Below the pieces are notes generated by a model. The model did no database searches, had not been told where the DNA came from, and saw nothing but the letters and a program-made list of their open reading frames with translations. A stretch of DNA of 64,000 nucleotides, taken from the IMG/VR virus record IMGVR_UViG_3300028377_000003, positions 1 to 64,000 of that record, one strand, 5' to 3'. The translations under genes and the position numbers were made by a program. Numbering within the stretch: the stretch's first letter is position 1; every line of letters starts with the position of its first letter. Below, in pieces: positions 8,152-18,196 of the stretch. This stretch comes from an uncultured virus (IMG/VR IMGVR_UViG_3300028377_000003) (Duplodnaviria > Heunggongvirae > Uroviricota > Caudoviricetes).

Positions 8152-9063
8152 ATGTCCGATCTCAACGTCTTGCAATTTGTCGAATCGCCCCTTGGTCTTG
8201 GGTGCGACACCCTTTATCCCGTCCAACGCATCGTCCTGAAGCTCATCTATGGGCTTTCACTCGACGACCATGATCCCATCCCCATCCGAATCGACCATAC
8301 CGGCACGACCCGTGACTTCACCGAATTCGAATATGCCGAATGGCTCAAGGCCGAAGGTCGCTTTAGGGGAAAGGCCGGGTCGGAACAGGTGAACCTCGTC
8401 ATGTGTCGGCGAGGAGGCAAAACATTTATGTCGCATTTGATCCTCGCATACGAAACGTACCTTACGCTGGCGGCCAACCGAAACCAGTTGACGGATTTGG
8501 TCAGGGTCACGGTCAATAAGGATCTGGCCCTTCACCACCACACCGATTTGGATAACACCTGCAACAAGTGCCATTACCTCAAGGGCCAGTGTCATACGCA
8601 AACGCGCACGTCGCTTTATTTCAGTGACGATGATCGCAAAGACAAGGCCCGAGTGACCTCCTGTTCAATCCGATCGGCCCCCAACACGATCCGGGGACGC
8701 TGGCTCCGCACCGCTGTCCTCGACGAAGCCGCTTACATGAACGAGGAGGCCCTCCGCAAGACCATCACCACGGTTCGTCAAGCGTATTTCGCGTCCCCCG
8801 AAAGGCGTATGATCTTAACGTCCAGCCCCTCCTACGCCGAGGGTACGTTCTACGAGCATCACACAGGATATGCGGGACTTGCGCTACGAATTCCCACATG
8901 GGAAGCCAACGCGGATGTCGACAATGCGTTTTTGATCAAACAGCACGAAAAGGCCCCAGAAAATTTTGCCGTCGAGTATGGTGCCGAATTCAAAAAGCCC
9001 GAGCCAAAGCCCAACGCCTCAGAACCCTGCCCCACATGCGGGTGTGGTGGTTGCGCCAAATAA
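8152..9063 (+). CDS. Terminase large-subunit-like ATPase domain protein (no nuclease domain)
   Basis: Walker A CRRGGKT, Walker B AVLDEAAYM, motif III LTSSP, then IPTWEAN and EYGAEF; ends in CPTCGCGGC; ATG at 8152 with AGGAG RBS. Confidence 0.75.
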   Translation: MSDLNVLQFVESPLGLGCDTLYPVQRIVLKLIYGLSLDDHDPIPIRIDHTGTTRDFTEFEYAEWLKAEGRFRGKAGSEQVNLVMCRRGGKTFMSHLILAYETYLTLAANRNQLTDLVRVTVNKDLALHHHTDLDNTCNKCHYLKGQCHTQTRTSLYFSDDDRKDKARVTSCSIRSAPNTIRGRWLRTAVLDEAAYMNEEALRKTITTVRQAYFASPERRMILTSSPSYAEGTFYEHHTGYAGLALRIPTWEANADVDNAFLIKQHEKAPENFAVEYGAEFKKPEPKPNASEPCPTCGCGGCAK

Positions 9064-9096
9064 ACCTTCCCCCTGAAAAGACCCCCTTCGCTGAGG

Positions 9097-9128
9097 AGGC
9101 CCCCTTTCGTGAGGAGGGGGGCCTTTTT
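9097..9128 (+). terminator. Intrinsic terminator between convergent genes
   Basis: AGGCCCCCT/GGGGGGCCT stem followed by a T run. Confidence 0.6.
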
Positions 9129-9540
9129 AGGAAAGCCCTAATATATCGCGGACTTTCTGTGCCACATCGCCATTGTGGCCGTAACCCGATCGTGTGTCAG
9201 ACCCGTAGCCTGTTTCCAGCCACCACCCATCCTTTTGAATGCGCAGGAATCGGGACACCCAGAGGTCGAGATCAACGCTTTCAGCATGTTCGGCTTGGCA
9301 ATAGTCGCTCATCGAAAAGGTCACGTCCCCCTCGTACCCGAGCGTAACTTCCAGCCCCAAGAAAAGGCCCGGCCACGTGTCGTCAGGTGGGCAATCGGGG
9401 ACTTCCCATTCCCAAAACACCCATTTCATTTCGATTTCGCCACAACGTTCGTGGTTTATGAGTTTCGAAGGCGGAGGTATGTCCAAACGCCCTGTGACCG
9501 CGTACATATAATCGAGTTCATTGAGCATGTTCCTAAGCAT
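9127..9540 (-). CDS. Hypothetical protein (MLRN tandem paralog 1)
   Basis: MLRNMLNELDYM...TGRLDIPPP, similar to the upstream neighbour. Confidence 0.75.
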   Translation of the reverse strand: MLRNMLNELDYMYAVTGRLDIPPPSKLINHERCGEIEMKWVFWEWEVPDCPPDDTWPGLFLGLEVTLGYEGDVTFSMSDYCQAEHAESVDLDLWVSRFLRIQKDGWWLETGYGSDTRSGYGHNGDVAQKVRDILGLS

Positions 9541-9945
9541 TACAACCCCAGCAAGTTACGGATACCTGCAATCAAATCATCGGGATCCTTGAAACCACCA
9601 CCCCTTCCCACCCAGCCATAATTGTGCTCGACCCGATGCTCACTTTGCGTGTTCACAAAATCTTCAATCCATTGATCTTTGTCGACCCTGTAATCAACAT
9701 GGCGGTCCCTCATGTTCAGCACCCACCGCGTATCCTGTGTCTTCGACAGGTATAGGCGGAAGGTGCGTATTCTTTTCGGGTAAGAGGGGTCATCCTCAAA
9801 GTTTTTTTTGCGGTTCGTCTTTCCAGACCGTCCACGACAGTATGAAACCGTGTTCATCTCCAGTGATCTGTGTGGGCGGAGGTATGTCCATACGCCCGGT
9901 CAAATGGTGCATGTACTCAATTTCCCAGAGCATGTTTCTAAGCAT
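9540..9945 (-). pseudogene. MLRN tandem paralog 2, frameshifted at an A8 run
   Basis: MLRNMLWEIEYMHHLTGRMDIPPP...DEPQK; an A7 run at 9802-9809 would continue into NFEDDPSY...RNLLGL*. Confidence 0.7.
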
Positions 9946-10336
9946 AGGAAGTGACCCCTATCGTTGGTTTCTGGTCGAGCACCCAAAGCAATTGCTGGAC
10001 CAGAACCGAAGCCGTAAAGCCTCCATACCTTGCTGTGCCTTCGCGGGGGCTTTCGAGTTCGAGTGTGTTTTGGTATTTCAGGTGTTTGTCTTTCCAGTCC
10101 GATAGCGGAACGGATCTTTCGGTGAACATCGATGAACGCATGAAGCACGTTAAATGGCCGTCATGGTCTAGGTACGCTACCAAAACGATTGGCAAAATAC
10201 GCTTTCCCGGAGGCCACCAATACCATTCCATCTTGATGCTTCCCGGTCTTAGCTGCAGGGTCGTAGGGATATCTTGCCAGTCTTCGCCCAAAAGACTGCG
10301 CAACAGCACGTGTTCGTTGAAATGATTAGATAGCAT
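9938..10336 (-). CDS. Hypothetical protein (MLSN tandem paralog 3)
   Basis: MLSNHF...DIPT...IKMEWYWW, weakly similar to its neighbours. Confidence 0.65.
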   Translation of the reverse strand: MLSNHFNEHVLLRSLLGEDWQDIPTTLQLRPGSIKMEWYWWPPGKRILPIVLVAYLDHDGHLTCFMRSSMFTERSVPLSDWKDKHLKYQNTLELESPREGTARYGGFTASVLVQQLLWVLDQKPTIGVTSYA

Positions 10337-10513
10337 AGGAGTTCCACGCATCAAAGCCGTTACGTATCGTACCCAAGCAGGACGCCAGCGTCAAGCTAAG
10401 GCCAATGATTCATTTATATACCGTTGCGTGTGTATCGAACCTTTCGATTCGGTAGGGGCTTTCTCAGGACTTCCACCTCCGAGTTAAGACATTTCAGATA
10501 AACAGGACGCCAC

Positions 10514-11563
10514 ATGCGACGTTTGATCAAGGAAAAGGACATGCGTAAATGGGCCGCTACAGACGGACGCCAGCTTTACCGTGAGTTCCGTGATCATTGG
10601 GAGAAGGTACAGCGGAAGGTGGAGGATCTCGATGAAAGTAAAAGGGGTTCCGCGAAAGCCGTCAGTCAGTACGTCTTGGTCCCTTTCATCAACAGGGGTA
10701 TTGAGCTTTCGCGGTTCGTGCTGGAAAACAAAGCGGTGCCGTCCAACAAGGCCAAGAGCCTAGAAATGGCCACGCGGGCTTTCCTTTCCGTTAGGAGGGC
10801 ACCCCGAAAGCCTAAGACGTGGGTCGAAAAGAAACGGCGTCGCGTCGAATTCCTCCTGAAGACCGAAGATTTCCCCGAAAAACAGATGGGCGGCGAACAA
10901 CTCTTCGAACTAGGCCCCTTTAAGATCCACAATACGGTAGGGGCCGAAGGCAAAGAGCTAGAACTCATTAAGGATCTCATCCGCAAGGCCACCAAGTTCA
11001 TCGGCAAGACCGACGTCCCCGAAGCGAAATCCCTCCTGTACGGCGATATCTATCTGGTCGGGCGGTTGCAACAGGCCCATACAATGGCTTGGTACAACAG
11101 GCGCAAGGACAATATTAGCCTCCGGGTGCGCAAAAACATCGGATCGGACGCCGTGCATTATTTGATCCATGAATTCGGGCACCGCCTCTGGGACAAGTCC
11201 CTCGATAAATCGAAAAAACAAAACTGGTCCCGCTGGCACGGTCGCTGTCAATACGGCTCGGACGATATGCCATTGCCCGATGTAGGTGATCCCCTCGGTT
11301 TCGATCTCAAAGGTCTGAAAGATCCCGTCATTCAAAAAATCGAAGGGCTTAAATTCTACGTCACAGACGACGGTTACCTGACCCTTCAACAGATCCGTGA
11401 CGCCTATGTTCAGGAGTTTGCTTACCCTTCCCAATACGCTGCAACCGATAGGGAAGAGCACTTCTGCGAAGCGTTCGGCATGTATGCGATGGGCGTCTTG
11501 GGTTCCGACCACGAACAGATGTTCACTAAGCTCATCGTCCGTGGTCAGGATATCGACGACTAA
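10514..11563 (+). CDS. Zincin-like metallopeptidase domain protein
   Basis: HEFGH (HExxH) and downstream SQYAATDREEHFCEAF. Confidence 0.75.
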   Translation: MRRLIKEKDMRKWAATDGRQLYREFRDHWEKVQRKVEDLDESKRGSAKAVSQYVLVPFINRGIELSRFVLENKAVPSNKAKSLEMATRAFLSVRRAPRKPKTWVEKKRRRVEFLLKTEDFPEKQMGGEQLFELGPFKIHNTVGAEGKELELIKDLIRKATKFIGKTDVPEAKSLLYGDIYLVGRLQQAHTMAWYNRRKDNISLRVRKNIGSDAVHYLIHEFGHRLWDKSLDKSKKQNWSRWHGRCQYGSDDMPLPDVGDPLGFDLKGLKDPVIQKIEGLKFYVTDDGYLTLQQIRDAYVQEFAYPSQYAATDREEHFCEAFGMYAMGVLGSDHEQMFTKLIVRGQDIDD

Positions 11564-11566
11564 GCC

Positions 11567-11830
11567 CTAAGCACCGATGTGGTGGTAATAGCCCAGCGAT
11601 TCGATCTTGACCATTCCGTCGTCGAGCAATTCGACGTTATCGACGCCGCCGACGAAAAACGTGATAGCGTTCACCATTGCTTCAGATTCGTCCTGTTCGA
11701 CGACCACACGCACCGGCATTTTCCAGTTGTTTTTCCGGCTGTAAAGGCCGCCTTCACCTTGGAAACCACACCGTTTGAAAAGTTTGGTGTTGCGTTCGTG
11801 AGTCTCGTCTCTGTATTCGATCTGGCTCAT
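11567..11830 (-). CDS. Hypothetical protein
   Basis: MSQIEYRD...GYYHHIGA, AAGGA RBS. Confidence 0.65.
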   Translation of the reverse strand: MSQIEYRDETHERNTKLFKRCGFQGEGGLYSRKNNWKMPVRVVVEQDESEAMVNAITFFVGGVDNVELLDDGMVKIESLGYYHHIGA

Positions 11831-11873
11831 AGCGTTGGTCCTTTCCGTATCGTAAATTAGGTTAGTGCTGCGC

Positions 11874-12164
11874 TCATGCGTCGTTTTCGTAATTTTCGTT
11901 GAAATCGTCAATGTAATTGCGGGTTCGCTCGTTCGTATATTGCTTCACGAAATGGACAGCCTCGATGCTGGCCCCTAAGATCCCACCCGTCAAAGCCGTA
12001 AGGCCCGTGACGTCATAGCCGAAGAGGTGGTCGAGAAACAGGCCGCCAAGGGCAAACACGCCTACCCACAGGGCTAAAGTAAGGCCCCACAAAAGGATCC
12101 CACGCACAATTGTAGCTTTCCCACGGTACTTTTCGTTCGTGCGCTTGTCGTATCGGCTGTTCAT
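11874..12164 (-). CDS. Small membrane protein
   Basis: Two hydrophobic segments; promoter at 12198-12234. Confidence 0.65.
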   Translation of the reverse strand: MNSRYDKRTNEKYRGKATIVRGILLWGLTLALWVGVFALGGLFLDHLFGYDVTGLTALTGGILGASIEAVHFVKQYTNERTRNYIDDFNENYENDA

Positions 12165-12197
12165 GGCACCCTCTTTATTCAGTAGTAACCTCGTCCT

Positions 12198-12234
12198 CAC
12201 TAACCTATACCCTAGCGATCTCGGTGTGTCAAAA
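12198..12234 (-). promoter_or_regulatory. Conserved promoter copy
   Basis: TTTTGAC-N12-CTAGGGTATAGGTTAGTG. Confidence 0.85.
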
Positions 12235-12254
12235 TAAAATTTGGCCTTGGGTAC

Positions 12255-12296
12255 AAAAAAACAACCCCGGATGGCCGGGGGGGGACCATCCGGGGC
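12255..12296 (-). terminator. Intrinsic terminator
   Basis: CCCCGGATGG/CCATCCGGGG stem followed by TTGTTTTTTT on the minus strand. Confidence 0.8.
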
Positions 12297-12373
12297 TTAC
12301 GTACCCACATAGCGCTGGAAACTACGCAGGGACGATCCTTGGAAGACCGTCTATGTCGTGGGGCGGCTAGCCG

Positions 12374-12955
12374 TTACCCGGCAACCACAGCGTGGAGGCG
12401 CTCGGCCAACTCGGGCTTGTTGCCACCCACCTTGAGATCCAAGGCGTCGAGCTTGGCCTTGAGTTCCTTCTTGGTGAACTGGTCTTGGAGTTCGGCGACC
12501 GTCATTTCGGTCACCGATTTCTCTTCGACCGGCTTCTCGGCCTTTTTGGCCTTGGCCTTCTTCGCTTTCTTCTTCGGCTTGGCCTTGGCTTTCTCAGCCT
12601 TCGCCTCGGCTTTGGCCTTCTTCTTCCGACGCTTGCGGGCGTCCTCTTTGCGGCACTGACGGCACCACGACTGGACACGGCGCTTGCCATCCGACATGTT
12701 GCGGAAACCGAACGTAGCGTCGATCGCCTCCAGCCCCTGTGCCTCCACTTCGCACTTCGGGCAGGCATGGGTGCGTTCCCACGGGCGCTCCGCCTCGTCC
12801 AACTCACGGTACACCAGCGAACGGTGTCCACCACGGCTGACGTCAGGCCATTCCTTTTCGAGGGCATCGTACAACCCACCCGCTTCGCAGGTGGGGTGCT
12901 GTTTGATGAATGACTGAATGAAGTCTTTACGCGCTTCGAGGTTTCCGTTTGCCAT
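12374..12955 (-). CDS. RGGHR-family Zn-finger protein with Lys/Ala-rich linker and C-terminal SAP domain
   Basis: RKDFI...RGGHR...CPKC...QSWCRQCR, KAKAK repeats, and ELKAKLDALDLKVGGNKPELAERL matching the SAP consensus. Confidence 0.8.
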   Translation of the reverse strand: MANGNLEARKDFIQSFIKQHPTCEAGGLYDALEKEWPDVSRGGHRSLVYRELDEAERPWERTHACPKCEVEAQGLEAIDATFGFRNMSDGKRRVQSWCRQCRKEDARKRRKKKAKAEAKAEKAKAKPKKKAKKAKAKKAEKPVEEKSVTEMTVAELQDQFTKKELKAKLDALDLKVGGNKPELAERLHAVVAG

Positions 12956-13021
12956 TTGCTTTTCTCCGTTTCGTATTCGTAGTAAGTTCGTCGTCTCGGG
13001 AACGTCCTTGTTCCAACATCT

Positions 13022-13058
13022 GTACCCTTTATACCCTACCGGATCCACCCTGTCAAAA
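13022..13058 (-). promoter_or_regulatory. Conserved promoter copy
   Basis: TTTTGAC-N18-TATAAA with TAGGG. Confidence 0.75.
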
Positions 13059-13441
13059 GGTTTTTTAAGAAACGATCCAAATATCTCGGGTTCAGAACCT
13101 CAGACGATCCCCGAATCTCGCAAAATCTAATGTGTTCACGCGGGGTTGGGGTCAAATGATTCAGGACTTTACGAACGTTCGAATCCGCTCAAAGTCTTCG
13201 GCCAACCCATAGGTGATGTTCATTACGCACAGGGTCAGGCCCCATTTCACACCGAAATAAACAGCCCCCACTACAGGGGCTCCCGCCAAGATGATGAGTC
13301 CTACAAGCAGCCGGAACACAACGGCACCGGCGACGTAAGGGACAGCGACAAGGGCTTTGAGGAAAGGCATGTCAGGCTCCTAGTGTGGGGTTCATGGTTC
13401 ACTAGGTAAACGTTTGCGACCCGGAACTGGTGAAATTTTTT

Positions 13442-13885
13442 TTACGGGCCGTCGTAAAACACACCTTCCTGTCCTGTCGCTTCCAAGTAACGGTGAAGGT
13501 CTGCCACTGTATAATGGATGGTGCTTTCGTCGGGTTTGGGGTGGGAATAATAAGCCCGAAACAAGCAGCGTTCGATTGCCCTCAGCGTATGATCATCGTC
13601 CCGTAGCCAATCGGCTTGGACTTTGTGTTCATAGTTCGGCCCGTTGAACCGAACATCTTCGTATGCGATGCGGTCATCTTCGAGGTACCACGCGGCTACG
13701 ATTTCGTCGTATGCCCAACTCACATAGGCATCGCCTTCGTACATGAAACGCCATTTGATCTCGACCAAAAGCCCCGCCTCATAGAAATGCACGACGTTCG
13801 GCTTTCGAATCGCCGTCAGGATCTGCAGCTCTTCAGGCATGGCACCCCACAAGACCCCGAACACGCTGTGGTTGTGGATGGGCAT
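13442..13885 (-). CDS. Hypothetical protein
   Basis: 147 aa, tightly packed in the minus-strand run. Confidence 0.7.
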   Translation of the reverse strand: MPIHNHSVFGVLWGAMPEELQILTAIRKPNVVHFYEAGLLVEIKWRFMYEGDAYVSWAYDEIVAAWYLEDDRIAYEDVRFNGPNYEHKVQADWLRDDDHTLRAIERCLFRAYYSHPKPDESTIHYTVADLHRYLEATGQEGVFYDGP

Positions 13886-13892
13886 GTGGATC

Positions 13893-14462
13893 CTACTTGG
13901 GGTTCAAAAGCTGTTTCAGGATTTCGAAATGTTCATCGTCAAGCGAAAAGGAGCCTAGCCTTTCGGCATTACCGAACCGGTTAGGTCCGGCTGTGTTACG
14001 TGTCATGAGTTTGACGATCCGATGTCCCTTAGAATTCCGCCTGCCCGTATCTTCGAGCACGAAAGGCGTCGGTACCTTCGGTTCAGGTAGGTCTTTTGGT
14101 TCCCAATCGTAAGGGCCTAAGCGGGTCACGAGGTAATTTTTGGGGTCATCGACCGCTTCGATAAGCTCTTCGCTACTGTCGTAAGCGGCCACCAGCACAC
14201 CGGTATCCAGCGCTATCCATTTCCCGGCGTACTTAGGATCATCGGCGTGTTCCTTGAGCCATTCGCTATTTTTTCGTATGGCGTCACGTCTCTCATCGTT
14301 TGTTTCTACGACTTCCACAGTGGAACCTTTAGATCGCACACCCGAATGACACAAAGGGCATTTCCACGAGCCGCCCATCCAATTATCTGTGTAACGACTG
14401 CGCTGGGAAGTCTCGGAATCCCAATCGCAGTCGTCATTCATGCAGTAGAAAACGTAGGACAT
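13893..14462 (-). CDS. Zn-ribbon plus DUF5678-like protein
   Basis: CxxxxC...CPLC; KYAGKWIALDTGVLVAAYDS. Confidence 0.6.
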   Translation of the reverse strand: MSYVFYCMNDDCDWDSETSQRSRYTDNWMGGSWKCPLCHSGVRSKGSTVEVVETNDERRDAIRKNSEWLKEHADDPKYAGKWIALDTGVLVAAYDSSEELIEAVDDPKNYLVTRLGPYDWEPKDLPEPKVPTPFVLEDTGRRNSKGHRIVKLMTRNTAGPNRFGNAERLGSFSLDDEHFEILKQLLNPK

Positions 14463-14463
14463 A

Positions 14464-14799
14464 TCAGTTCAGGATGGGTTGGTCATAAGGTTTCCCGAAA
14501 TTGCGCCAGAACTTGTCGCATTGGGATTCAATATCCCCGATGGATTCATTCTCCGCAGAGCATCGGATCGTACTTACCATGTCCCCCTCACCGAACTCGA
14601 CGAAAGGAGAAACGGACAATCCAGTTGGGGTTTCGTACACGTCGATGATAATCGTGTAGCGCAAGCCATACGAATCTTTGACGTCCCGGAGGTACGATGA
14701 TTTGTATTCCGGTATCGCAATGTCGTCGAGCCTCCGCATCGCTTCGTAGCGGTTATTTTGGCGCAACTGTTCGACTAAGATCCTCGGGTCAAGGCTCAT
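14464..14799 (-). CDS. Hypothetical protein
   Basis: 111 aa, GAGG RBS. Confidence 0.7.
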   Translation of the reverse strand: MSLDPRILVEQLRQNNRYEAMRRLDDIAIPEYKSSYLRDVKDSYGLRYTIIIDVYETPTGLSVSPFVEFGEGDMVSTIRCSAENESIGDIESQCDKFWRNFGKPYDQPILN

Positions 14800-15198
14800 G
14801 TGACTTCCTCATGTTATATATGTAACTTATGAATGTAACATTTGTTACTCGGGTCCTGTATCCAACGCTTTCAGGTAAGCCCGCAATGCGTCTTCGGCTT
14901 TTAGCAAACGTGCCAACCGTTTCCGGTCGTCGGAAAATAGATGGCCACCAGCAGGCCCCGGTCCCGAAAAGAACAACTCGGCGCTTTCGTCACGCACCCT
15001 TTTCAGAAGGGACTCTGCCCGCTGGCGGCTCATTCGGCCCCCGCCCACTTCCCCTCCACTTTGCAAATCTTCGCTCATTGTGACTTCTATCGAGCGTGGT
15101 GTCTACACCCAAAAACCAATTTTACCCTAAGCCCGCTACGCGGGCGAACGAACTATCTTTGTCACTACCCCATACCACAGGGTATAGAGTTCGTCAAG

Positions 15199-15558
15199 TT
15201 ACCAAGGTGTCTTCTCGGGCTTACGGCTCTTCCCGCTATAGTGGCGCTGGCATTTCCACTGGTCACTTTCTTTTCCGATAGCCCAGCCCTTGCAATCGGG
15301 TTTACAGCAAAGGTACTCGACGATGCGATCCGCGTCTTTCGTGACGGCACCGCCTGTTACCGCAGACCGTCGCCAGCCGAACGCTTTGCATTCGGTGCAT
15401 CGGTAACGCCCATGCCAACCGGGTCGAGGTTCCCACTTATGTACGTGGTCGCTGTACTTGGCCTTCTGTTCAACGATCACGGACCGGTCGATTTCGTTGC
15501 CTTGGGCCAGCCATTCTTCGACCGTGGAGGCACCTTTCTTTTCTGGTTCGTCAGCCAT
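15199..15558 (-). CDS. Cys/His-rich hypothetical protein
   Basis: HVH...CTEC...CCKPDC...CQRH. Confidence 0.65.
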   Translation of the reverse strand: MADEPEKKGASTVEEWLAQGNEIDRSVIVEQKAKYSDHVHKWEPRPGWHGRYRCTECKAFGWRRSAVTGGAVTKDADRIVEYLCCKPDCKGWAIGKESDQWKCQRHYSGKSRKPEKTPW

Positions 15559-15567
15559 GCGGCCCTC

Positions 15568-16059
15568 TTACAGGTAATAGACCGTCCAGTCCAGCCCACT
15601 GGCTTCGTACAACGGCTTTACGTCCGCTTCCCAATCCAACCCACCAAGGCCACAGCCGACTTGTACCGTGACGAACCCCCACCTATCGGCCCGGTCCCCT
15701 AACGTGCGCTCGATACCGGCCAGCGCCTCTTCGATAGCCTCGACGTCGGCTTGAGCTTTTTCCCGACTCCAGAACTCTTGGGTTAGGGCGTTGGCGATGT
15801 AAAGCGGGGGCGTACCCTCTTCCAGCTTTGGACTGGTGGGCGAGATCACGACACCTCCTAGAGTGACCTCCCCACCGGCTTTGCCGTCACAGAAATTCTT
15901 GTAGGTGTCAAAGACGTAGGGCCACTTGTCCTTGATGACCTTGGCGATGCCACTCCCCATGTGGCCCTGCATGTTGCACCCGTGCATAAGGAGTGTCGGT
16001 TGGGTACGCTCTTCCAGCGCCGCGAAAACGTCGCCTTGGATTTCGTTAGAGATCGTCAT
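15568..16059 (-). CDS. Macrodomain (ADP-ribose hydrolase, TARG1/DarG-like)
   Basis: GDVF...HGCNMQGHMGSGIAKVIK...GCGLGGLDW signature. Confidence 0.9.
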   Translation of the reverse strand: MTISNEIQGDVFAALEERTQPTLLMHGCNMQGHMGSGIAKVIKDKWPYVFDTYKNFCDGKAGGEVTLGGVVISPTSPKLEEGTPPLYIANALTQEFWSREKAQADVEAIEEALAGIERTLGDRADRWGFVTVQVGCGLGGLDWEADVKPLYEASGLDWTVYYL

Positions 16060-16891
16060 TACATTCCCTCTTCAACCATCATAGTTTCCCATTCGTCTAC
16101 GTCGTCATCCGGTTCGAAATGGAACCGGGTCCATTCGAAATTGCCTTCGACCGTGGTGATGGTTCGGTCACATCGCCCGCAACGGAATTCCCGTTGACGA
16201 TGATATTGTTGCCTTGGACCGATACGTTATTGACCGACCCTTCGATTTCGATTGTCTTACCGTTAACGGTTATTTTCGTGCTCATATCTCAGGTGCTCCT
16301 CGCTACCGTAAATTACCCAATCATCGGCCAACAGTTCTTCGGGATCGTTGACCAGTTTCCATGCCATATCCCGGCTCTTGATAAAGAACCGGCTGCATTT
16401 CAAAAGACGCACGGAGGCTCGCGTTATCTTGTGGCCCTTATCCAGTTCACGTATGGCCTTGTCGAAAGTCATTGCGCACACTGTCTTTCAACTCGGAAAA
16501 AGGTATGGACGTTTTAGCTCCCCAATTCCCTTTGAATACGTAAGAGGGTTGCTTGCACGAGTCATCTTGCCATACGAACCAATAGGTTGCAAGGCGCGGA
16601 CCCGCGTTAAACATCGCAACGGCTTGATACCGAAAGGGTTATCGTCGTTTGGCTCACCTTCCGGGGACGGAGCCGCGTCACGAATGTTGCCGGGCACCCC
16701 AAACATACCCATGAGACCCTGCAACAGGTCTAAGCATTCTTCTCGGTTATCTTTTGCACGCTCAAGTTCGCACAAGTCTTCGCAAAAGTAACCGTAGGCC
16801 CGCTTCAAGGTCTTGGTAGGTTTCCCACACACAGAGCATTCAGGAAAGTCTTTATCTTCGATTTCGTAAGTGCCGTCTTCATTGTATTTCA

Positions 16892-18187
16892 TCAGACCTT
16901 GTATTTGCGAGTTTCACCAGATGTACCTTCGTCGCCACCCCGGAGGTGGGGTTCAATCCAGATGCGTTCGTACCTCGGATCGTCTCGGGGACCATAAGGT
17001 TGCTTACGCCAGTGTCCACGTACCCAATGTGCTTTGCGTGAAACGCCTCCAGAGCCATTTCTAGCTCCTACATGGGCGCTGGGGTACAGAACACGACGGA
17101 TAGGCGTGTAGTCCAACTCAGCACGCCTACGAGACTTTTTGCGGCCCTTGCCTCTGTTGGTTTTACGCCCTTCGGACTTTACCTCGGGGCTACGGGTCGC
17201 CAGATACAGGCTCAGGTTGCACACCAAGTTAAACGCCTCTTCACAAGCCTGCGCGGAATCCGGGTGGTTTTTCCAGAACCCCTCGGGCAAACAGTCCCAG
17301 AGATCGCCCAAGGTCTTAGTGTCTTCGTCTTGCTTGAGGTGGACGCAACCGTATTCGACGTTATCGAAAATCCAAAGTGACCTTCCTGACGTCGCCGGGA
17401 TGTGCGTAAAGAACACCGTCCGGTCTTCAGTCATTAGCTGGAAAGCCGAATAGGGCAGGTCAATAGCGTCGATTTCGATTTTCAGGAGATCGGTTTTCAG
17501 GAACATCTCCCGAAGCGTGTCCGATATGACGAAGGCGTTGTTGCCTGTCGCAAACAACTCCGTCATGGTCGTAGCCCGGATGCGTTCGGTTTCAGGGTCT
17601 TGCGGAACCATTTGCTCGGCGGGCAAGGCTTTACAGATGGCGTACCGGTCAAGGGTGGTTTTGGCTACCCTGTTCACGCAACGGTAAATGGTCTGAAACC
17701 GTGACTGCTCGGTGGATAGAAACCGGAACACAGGTTCGTTTTCATAGGGTGCGTTACGGTTGCCACTCGACCCCGTGAAAAGAAACGCCGTTTCGAAAAG
17801 CATCCCCAACCGGTAAGTGAAATCCGCAACGGTAATCAGAGGCAAAGCCTCCATCGTATGCAAGGGTTTGTTCTCGTCGAAAAGGACTTCCTTTGCGCGT
17901 TCCCATCGGCTATCGAATTCAGCGGGGTCCTGCGGCCAGCCCACTTTAGGGACCAGTTCTTCATACAGGTCGATGACCGCCTTGCCGTAGTCCGTCTGGT
18001 AAAAGTCTTCGACGCCCAATTCATTTTGCGTCAAGAGATCGGCCACTGCGACGAGAGTCTGGTCGAAGGCGGTACCGTTATAAGGCCCTTCCAGAGATCT
18101 CCAGAACAACGGACGCAAAGCCGCCTTGAACTCGGCGGGACTCTGGCGTTGGGACTTACGGCGTTTTCGTCGTCGTTTCTTACCCAT
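16892..18187 (-). CDS. Hypothetical protein with C-terminal HWVRGHWR motif
   Basis: 431-aa ORF with a basic C-terminus. Confidence 0.85.
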   Translation of the reverse strand: MGKKRRRKRRKSQRQSPAEFKAALRPLFWRSLEGPYNGTAFDQTLVAVADLLTQNELGVEDFYQTDYGKAVIDLYEELVPKVGWPQDPAEFDSRWERAKEVLFDENKPLHTMEALPLITVADFTYRLGMLFETAFLFTGSSGNRNAPYENEPVFRFLSTEQSRFQTIYRCVNRVAKTTLDRYAICKALPAEQMVPQDPETERIRATTMTELFATGNNAFVISDTLREMFLKTDLLKIEIDAIDLPYSAFQLMTEDRTVFFTHIPATSGRSLWIFDNVEYGCVHLKQDEDTKTLGDLWDCLPEGFWKNHPDSAQACEEAFNLVCNLSLYLATRSPEVKSEGRKTNRGKGRKKSRRRAELDYTPIRRVLYPSAHVGARNGSGGVSRKAHWVRGHWRKQPYGPRDDPRYERIWIEPHLRGGDEGTSGETRKYKV

Positions 18188-18196
18188 AGTTGGTTT

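Noticed and set aside
12300..12365. Self-cleaving ribozyme in the 3' UTR of the SAP gene
   Set aside because: It can form stems but lacks hammerhead (CUGANGA/GAAA) or other recognisable cores.
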